Shown: in pieces, positions 57,543 through 64,000 of the stretch
How positions within the stretch are numbered: position 1 is the stretch's first letter
Layout: every line of letters begins with the position of its first letter
Source of the DNA: Octopus sinensis
Taxonomy: Eukaryota
DNA: 64,000 nucleotides
NCBI RefSeq assembly: GCF_006345805.1
Contig: NC_043003.1
Span: forward strand, 44,578,001 to 44,642,000
Direction of reading: 5' to 3'
Translations under genes and position numbers: made by a program
The notes under the pieces: generated by a model
What the model saw: only the letters and a program-made list of their open reading frames with translations
The model's database searches: none
What the model was told of the DNA's origin: nothing

Positions 57543-57580
57543 CAGTACCGGTTCCGGTCATTTTGAGACCTTTTCAACTG
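57543..57580 (-). ncRNA. Hammerhead-like motif with U3-A8 core, in a pseudo-LTR-like segment (about 57490-57776)
   Basis: Reverse complement CAG TTGAAAA GGTC tcaaaat GACC GGAA CCGG TA CTG: stems I and II and palindromic stem III (ACCGGT) are intact; GAAA has become GGAA. Confidence 0.55.
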
Positions 57581-57700
57581 TAACGATTAAATAATTAAAT
57601 TTAGAAAAATTAGAAGAAAAGTTTTTTTAAAAGAATATTTCTGTAGTAGTGTTCAGATATAAGTAGCATTCTGCTTTCTCTGACTCCCTTGTTTGCACTT

Positions 57701-58146
57701 GTCTCGGTCGTGGGCAAGTGGGCTCTTAAGACATTGGAGTCCATATACGTGACGCATGCGAGTATTGAGGGACACACACACATATATATATATATATATT
57801 ATATATATATATAATATTATATATAATATATATATATAATATATAAAGAGAGAGAGAGAGATAAATAAAGAGAGAGATGAGATAAATAAAGAGAGAGAGA
57901 GAGATAAATAAATAGAGAGAGAGAGATATGTATTGATATGTAATACAGGCGTGCAGGCGTGAATGTGTGGTAAAAACCTTTCGGCAAGTGTCTTATTTGT
58001 TTAATGTTAATTATTTCTTTTTGTCTGAGACTTCAGACAACTTATTTGAAAGTAGGGTTTTGATTTTATGTGTCCCTCAATACTCGCATGCGTCCACGTA
58101 TATGGACTTCAATGTCTTAAAGAGCCCACTTGCCCACGACCGAGAC
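57701..58146. repeat. Inverted repeat pair of about 77 bp
   Basis: 57701-57776 is the reverse complement of 58069-58146 with about 3 differences. Confidence 0.9.
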
Positions 58147-58190
58147 TTGTGAGTGTATTTGGTGGCGGAAAACTGAAAGAAGCCCGTCGT
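57948..58190 (+). mobile_element. SINE family B head, internally deleted and interrupted by an unrelated insert
   Basis: ggcgtgcaggcgtgaatgtgtggtaa..ggcaagtgtctt [insert] cttgtgagtgtatttggtggcggaaaactgaaagaagcccgtcgt. Confidence 0.6.
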
Positions 58191-58278
58191 AAAAAACATA
58201 TATATAATATATATATAGATATATATACTACAAAATTAGAAAATGGAGAAACATACTTAAATCAATCAAAATCAAACC

Positions 58279-58327
<49 letters not shown>

Positions 58328-58356
58328 TATATATACATATATATATAATATATATC

Positions 58357-58392
<36 letters not shown>

Positions 58393-60174
58393 ATGCCAGA
58401 CAGGGAGAGAGAGGTTTGAGAGAGTGGGGAAGAGAAAGGAGATTGAGAGAGAGGGGAAGAGAGGAGGTGGTTTTCACTTCTGGTGATAGCCAGTAAGTTT
58501 GATTAAAGGAAGTTGAATGATAGTATTGTTAACAAAGTGATTATCGTTCCAGGAGGACCGAATGGCTAATACTATCAGAGTGGAATTGAAATGTTAATAC
58601 ACCGAACTAAAATGGAGGTAGGAAGACAGGAAATGTGAGGTTGAAAAAAGTGCGGCGCTGTTTAGAATCTAGGGCAAAATTATAAGAATAAGGACCTTTA
58701 AAAAAAGCTTCCAAATATTATGAATTATTCTAATTACTTCATTCAAATAACAATTAAATAGAATAAAGTCAGATTGGGGAATTTATTCATAGAACAGGCT
58801 GTTCGATAAATAGATGGAAACATTTGTATTTTATGAAAGTTAAAATTGCATTTGCAAAGCAACATTAGAAATTGCGAGGGGGTTAAATACGTTTGAAATA
58901 CTGTATAAAATCGTCTGCATCATACTATTAATATAAAAAAAATATAAGCTAACTTTAAATTCAATTGAGAACATTTGGGCACGAATACTTATAAAAGCTG
59001 TAAAAGAATATAGAACACAAAGTTTTAATGAAAGAAACGTTTCGATAATTGAAGTGCGACTATTATTACACATAATAACGCTTGTATATCTGGAAGGAAT
59101 ATGTACAAGGAATATGTACAAGGAAAACAATGTAATAGAAAGGGCAAAAATATAAAGGTATAACTGCATAGAATTTATAAAGCACGAGGTAAGTGGAAAT
59201 ATAATCTTAATACTGACATAGTGAGGGATGCCAACGTCATGTGTAAATCTGTCATTTATGAGAAACTAAAATAATAAAGTGTTATTATAGTCTGGTATCC
59301 GTGTATATTACATCTAACCAATACATACAGATATATTAAAATTCAAGCAAAATGTGCTAGTCTTCGAATTGACTCTAACACTAATGAACGCATCTAAAAG
59401 AAGTAAAAATATACATATATAATTACGCAGGAATCGCCTTGTCTATTTATATATATTTACGTGTGTGTGTGTGTGTGTGTACAAAAGACAACCAAAGTCA
59501 ATGAAAAGTATTCTAGCACAGTCTCAAATACACTAGTTAACAACATCGAAACCGAATTTTAAAAAATGCGGAAGACGTAACTGTAGTATACGCGTCAACC
59601 TAATTGAATGATCGGCTTCCTCCTTCAAACAGGGTCAGCGCTTTATAGTGAAAAACAATTTCACGTGTATATTGGAAAACCTGATATATATGTTAACTTG
59701 CTCAGGGTGTCGAGAGCAACACTTTGGTCAAACACAAAACAGCTTACTCCAAAGAATGACCGTACAGAAAATCCTAGATTAAAATACGGGAATACAGAAA
59801 AATAACATTAAGTGAATACATCGACATTTGCGCCACTAATGAAGAACCCTTTAGAATTTTCCCCTCTATAAATTTAGGGTCAATGTAACATGTGATTTTA
59901 ATCAGTGTATCAGCAAAGAATCATACTTTATTGCAAAATATAAACACTTTTGAATGCTTCCTCCACAGAGGATACCAATACAGAGATCTTAGAATAATAC
60001 CCAGGCAAATATTTAAAACGATATATATATTAAGAACATTCGCTACCCATGAGTTTACTTAGAACAGTTCCTACCAGTACTGCTTCAACTCCACAAGTCA
60101 CATTTCGGTTACTTGAACAATTAAATTAGATTTCACGGACAGCCTCTATTACTGGGTCATACCACTCACGTAAT

Positions 60175-60239
60175 TTTCTTCTTCTTCTTTCTTCTTCTTC
60201 TTCTTCTTCTTCTTCTTCTCTTCTCCTCCTTTATCATCT

Positions 60240-60273
<34 letters not shown>

Positions 60274-60505
60274 TTTCTTCTTCTTCTTCCTCTTCTTCTT
60301 TTTCTTCTTCTTCTTCCTCTTCTTCTTTTCTTCTTCTTCTTCTCCTTCTTCTCCTCCTTCATCATCTTCTTCTTCTTCTTCTTCTTCTTCTCCTTCTCCT
60401 CATCCTCTTTCTTCTACTTCTTTTTTTCTATTTCTCTTCTTCCATTTCTTCTCCTTCTTCTCGTACTTCTACTTCTACTTCCATTTCTTCTTCTTCTTTT
60501 TCTTC
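60175..60505. repeat. (CTT)n polypyrimidine/polypurine tract
   Basis: About 330 bp of degenerate CTT repeats. Confidence 0.95.
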
Positions 60506-60807
60506 AAAAAGAAAAAAAATTCACAGGTCTTGCCTATTTGACGACCATGGAAATATTTACAACATTTTTCATTTAATTTTTATTTCAATTTAATTGTTTT
60601 ACTTCTTAATTAAGATCCACCTTTGTTTTACTCTTAGTTTAAAAATCGAGAACACTGAAACAGGTGCTAACCGTTACAAAAGGTTTTTCATTATAAAATT
60701 ATTTTTGTCTTTTCTACCTTGTCCTATTTTCCTTATATATAATTTATATATGCATAAATATATTCACACACACATATAAATATATACATATATAATGTAT
60801 GTGTACG

Positions 60808-60849
<42 letters not shown>

Positions 60850-61534
60850 TGCATATAGATATATATGTAAATATATATACATATATATGTATATGTTCTT
60901 ATTGAAGAACTTTGTCTTAATTGGCGTCTGAAAACTCTGTAACACATGGATTTTGTTGCCAATAGATTCCCTGAGAAATACTTTGCGTTGAGTCAAGGAA
61001 ATCTATATTTTGCGTTCTCAGTGTTCTTGAATATTTGCTGATTAACACTGAGCTATTTTTTAATTGGATATCCGCTGTTGTCTTGTCTACAAGTAATTTC
61101 ATATTAATTGTACCTAGGGTGTTGCCTGCCATGTTTGATGAAACTTATTACAACTCTAAATTATAATTAGTCTAGACGTACATTTAAATTCATGTCCGTG
61201 CATGTGAGGAAGAAAAGCGTTACAAAAAAATCTAAAAGTTAACGGATTATATATATACACATTCTAACAAATCGATAAATATATGTGTGCGTGCGCGTGT
61301 GCGAGTGTGCAAGTGTGCCTCTGTGTGTTTGCGTGTGTGTTTGTATGAGTGTCCATAGTATGTACGTGTGCAAAAGACCCCTTGGCATGAGAAACGTCTC
61401 TGTTTTGTAAAAAGTATTATTTGTTTCATTTTAAATGTTCCAACAAACGTGTGGCGAAAGTGACTTTGCATTTTTCGCGAAGAAACCTAGTTTTTTTTGT
61501 GTTTTTGTAAATACATTATACAATGTTTTCAAGT

Positions 61535-61588
<54 letters not shown>

Positions 61589-61945
61589 AGATAATAATAG
61601 TATTAGAGAAAATTTGCAAAGAAAACCCAAGATATTTATAACATATATAATAGAAATACTAAACAATAGTACGACTATATACATGTATATGCAGACAATC
61701 GAATAAGTTAAGAATAAAACGACTAACAAGCTGAAAGTAAATTACAATAAAAAGTCAATGAACGCTTGTAAGTATAGTCGATATTGACAAAGGAAATAAT
61801 TAAAATTATTCAACATATTCAACAAAATAAAATAGAATGAAGTCTAATAGAAACCGCTATTTCAATTAATATCTTAAACTACGTAGCAAGCAGTAACTTA
61901 CGATAAATTCAAAAACTCTATATCATAGCAGTTTATTTATTCACC

Positions 61946-62273
61946 ATGTGAGGGCGCGTGGCTTAGTGGTTAGGGCATTCGGCTCATGATCGTAAGGTTG
62001 TGAGTTCGATTCCCGGCGACGCGTTGTGTCCTTGAGCAAGACACTTTATTTCACGTTGCTCCAGTCCACTCAGCTGGCAAAAATGAGTTGTACTTGTATT
62101 TCAAAGGGTCAGCCTTGTCACTCTCTGTGTCACGCTGACTATCCCCGAGAACTACGTTAAGGGTACACGTGTCTGTGGAATGCTCAGCCATTTGCACGTT
62201 AATTTCACGAGCAAGCTGTTCCGTTGATCGTATCAGCTGGGACCCTCGTCGTCGTAACCGGCGGAGTAAGAAG
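61946..62273 (+). mobile_element. Full-length young tRNA-derived SINE with 11-bp TSD
   Basis: A box TGGCTTAGTGG, B box GAGTTCGATTCC, Nin/Deu-like ttgcacgttaa; TSD atttattcacc at 61935-61945 and 62274-62284. Confidence 0.92.
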
Positions 62274-62544
62274 ATTTATTCACCTGCTTCGCATACGCGA
62301 TAATGATATTCTAAGCAATGCAACCCATTTTCCGAGATTCATCTGGCGTTTTTACTGCTTGGCATACAGATTATTTTCCGCAACATTGCTTGTGTCATAA
62401 ATATATGTTGAAATCATATCGGGGTCGATAAAATAAGTACTGGTTGAACTCTGAGTTTGATTTGATGTTATCGACTTACCTCATCTCCCAAACATCATAG
62501 GCTTGAGCCAAAATTTGAAATCGATATTATATATATATATATAT

Positions 62545-63284
62545 AAAATAAATATAAGAGAGTGGTCCCTATATGGCTCACTCTAGCACCAGTTAATCCA
62601 AAAGGTTTCAACCACGAAAATACATGTTTCCCATGAAAGTCAGTACGATTGTTAGCTCACACGGACAGGGCAAATAAAAAATAACAAAAATACAGATTAT
62701 TTTGGGACAATTGTTTCGCTATTAATGAATTAAATGTAATTTTACTTACAAAAAAAATCCATTTGTAGCTCGTCAGCCAAAACTATCTGGATGAAATCCA
62801 CTCAATCACACGCCAGATTTTACCATAACGATAAATACGCGTGTGGTTCAATTGATTACATCCGACGTTATAATTCAAATGCCCCAACTAACAGCGCGCC
62901 AAACTCTCACGGAAAACAAATACAGCATTTAGAAATAAATGCAGCATAATTATAATTAATTAATAAGGGTGAGAGAATTAGATACTAATTTAATAGTATA
63001 TCTATTCAACACCAAGTGGCCTAGTGCTCCGAGAAACCTGGATTATTATAATATTTTATAACATATTATAATATTTTTACAAAATAAATATAAGAGAGTG
63101 GTCCCTATATGGCTCACTCTAGCACCAGTTAATCCAAAAGGTTTCAACCACGAAAATACATGTTTCCCATGAAAGTCAGTACGATTGTTAGCTCACACGG
63201 ACAGGGCAAATAAAAAATAACAAAAATACAGATTATTTTGGGACAATTGTTTCGCTATTAATGAATTAAATGTAATTTTACTTA
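62545..63284 (-). mobile_element. Non-coding HHR-containing element: 536-bp monomer with identical 204-bp terminal direct repeats, inserted in (TA)n (retrozyme-like or non-autonomous PLE)
   Basis: 62545-62748 equals 63081-63284 base for base; (TA)n lies on both outer sides; no ORF; contains the canonical HHR at 62700-62782. Confidence 0.8.
62700..62782 (-). ncRNA. Canonical type I hammerhead ribozyme
   Basis: Reverse complement TTTTGG CTGACGA GCTA[ca AATGGATT ttttt TGTAA gtaaaa TTACA ttt AATTCATT aa]TAGC GAAAC AATT GTC^CCAAAA. All core nucleotides are present, with a 6-bp stem I, an extended stem II, palindromic stem III (ACAATTGT) and GUC cleavage between 62706 and 62705. Confidence 0.9.
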
Positions 63285-63592
63285 TATATATATATACCGT
63301 GGCGAACTGGCCAAATTGTCAGCTTGCCCGAAGTTAAGTGTGCTCTTTTAGACATTAGAGTTCATATACGGGCGCCCACGCGAGTATGTAAGGGACCCAA
63401 AATGACAAATGAAACAATTAAGCAAAGCAGTTGGTCAAAGAATTTCCTTAGGGAATTAATAGAGATCAGAATGTATGCTACAGCAGACAGCTAGTCTGTG
63501 GTGATAAAGTGTAAGGGCTGAACCTAGCACTTGTTGGCCTCCACAGGGCAAACAATAAAACCAGAGGCAGATTAGAGTTAACGTATGTTTCT

Positions 63593-63682
63593 ATGTATGT
63601 ATGTATGTATGTATGTATGTATGTATGTAGGTAGGTATGTATGTATCTATGTATGTATGTATGTATGTATGTATGTATGTAT
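63593..63682. repeat. (TATG)n tetranucleotide microsatellite
   Basis: Direct reading. Confidence 0.95.
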
Positions 63683-64000
63683 GTGTGACAGAGTGTATGT
63701 ATGTGTGCGTATACGTTTGTGTGCAAGTATGAATGGAGCGAAAAAGTTTTAACGGAAATAAGTTCACATTTATTTTATTTTCAGTGCATGACTGAGCAAT
63801 GACCCTGGAATCAAAGGGGCGCACACACACGTGCGCACTAGCATGGACATATAAAAATTAGAAGTTGTAAACTTCATAATTTCTTTGAGGCAGAGAAAAC
63901 TGGTCTTTACGAGCGAACAAACAAAAAATGTTCTAAAATGCAAATTTTGAGTTTAGCTTTAGTCATAAAATTACGTCTGAAAACAGTTAAAATCCTTTTT

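Noticed and set aside
58500-61190. Further faint PLE-like traces (58690-58900, 59600-60120, 60890-61190)
   Set aside because: The similarity is too weak by eye to support a call.
62545-63284. LTR/TRIM or CRISPR interpretation of the direct repeats
   Set aside because: No TG..CA termini, PBS, PPT or TSD, only two long repeats, and a eukaryotic context.

Overview
AT-rich eukaryotic, repeat-dominated non-coding DNA. The SINE families, (TA)n/(CA)n/(TATG)n density and a mollusc-type 5S sequence suggest a cephalopod, probably Octopus (inference). No intact host gene is supportable, and almost all listed ORFs are microsatellite artefacts. Recognisable content: at least four tRNA-derived SINE types, a degraded RTE LINE, three mariner remnants (one young), Helitron remnants and two non-autonomous Helitrons, a 5S rRNA pseudogene, and many Penelope-like element (PLE) fragments resembling the Naiad clade. 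The most notable signal is a set of hammerhead-ribozyme (HHR) motifs. One is a fully canonical type I HHR (62700-62782, minus) inside a non-coding 536-bp unit with identical 204-bp terminal direct repeats, inserted in (TA)n. It looks like a recently retrotransposed retrozyme-like or circular-RNA-derived element. Several variant or decayed HHRs also occur (U3-A8 core, A6U core, long stem II). All alignments, translations and folds were done by eye, so boundaries of old elements are approximate.
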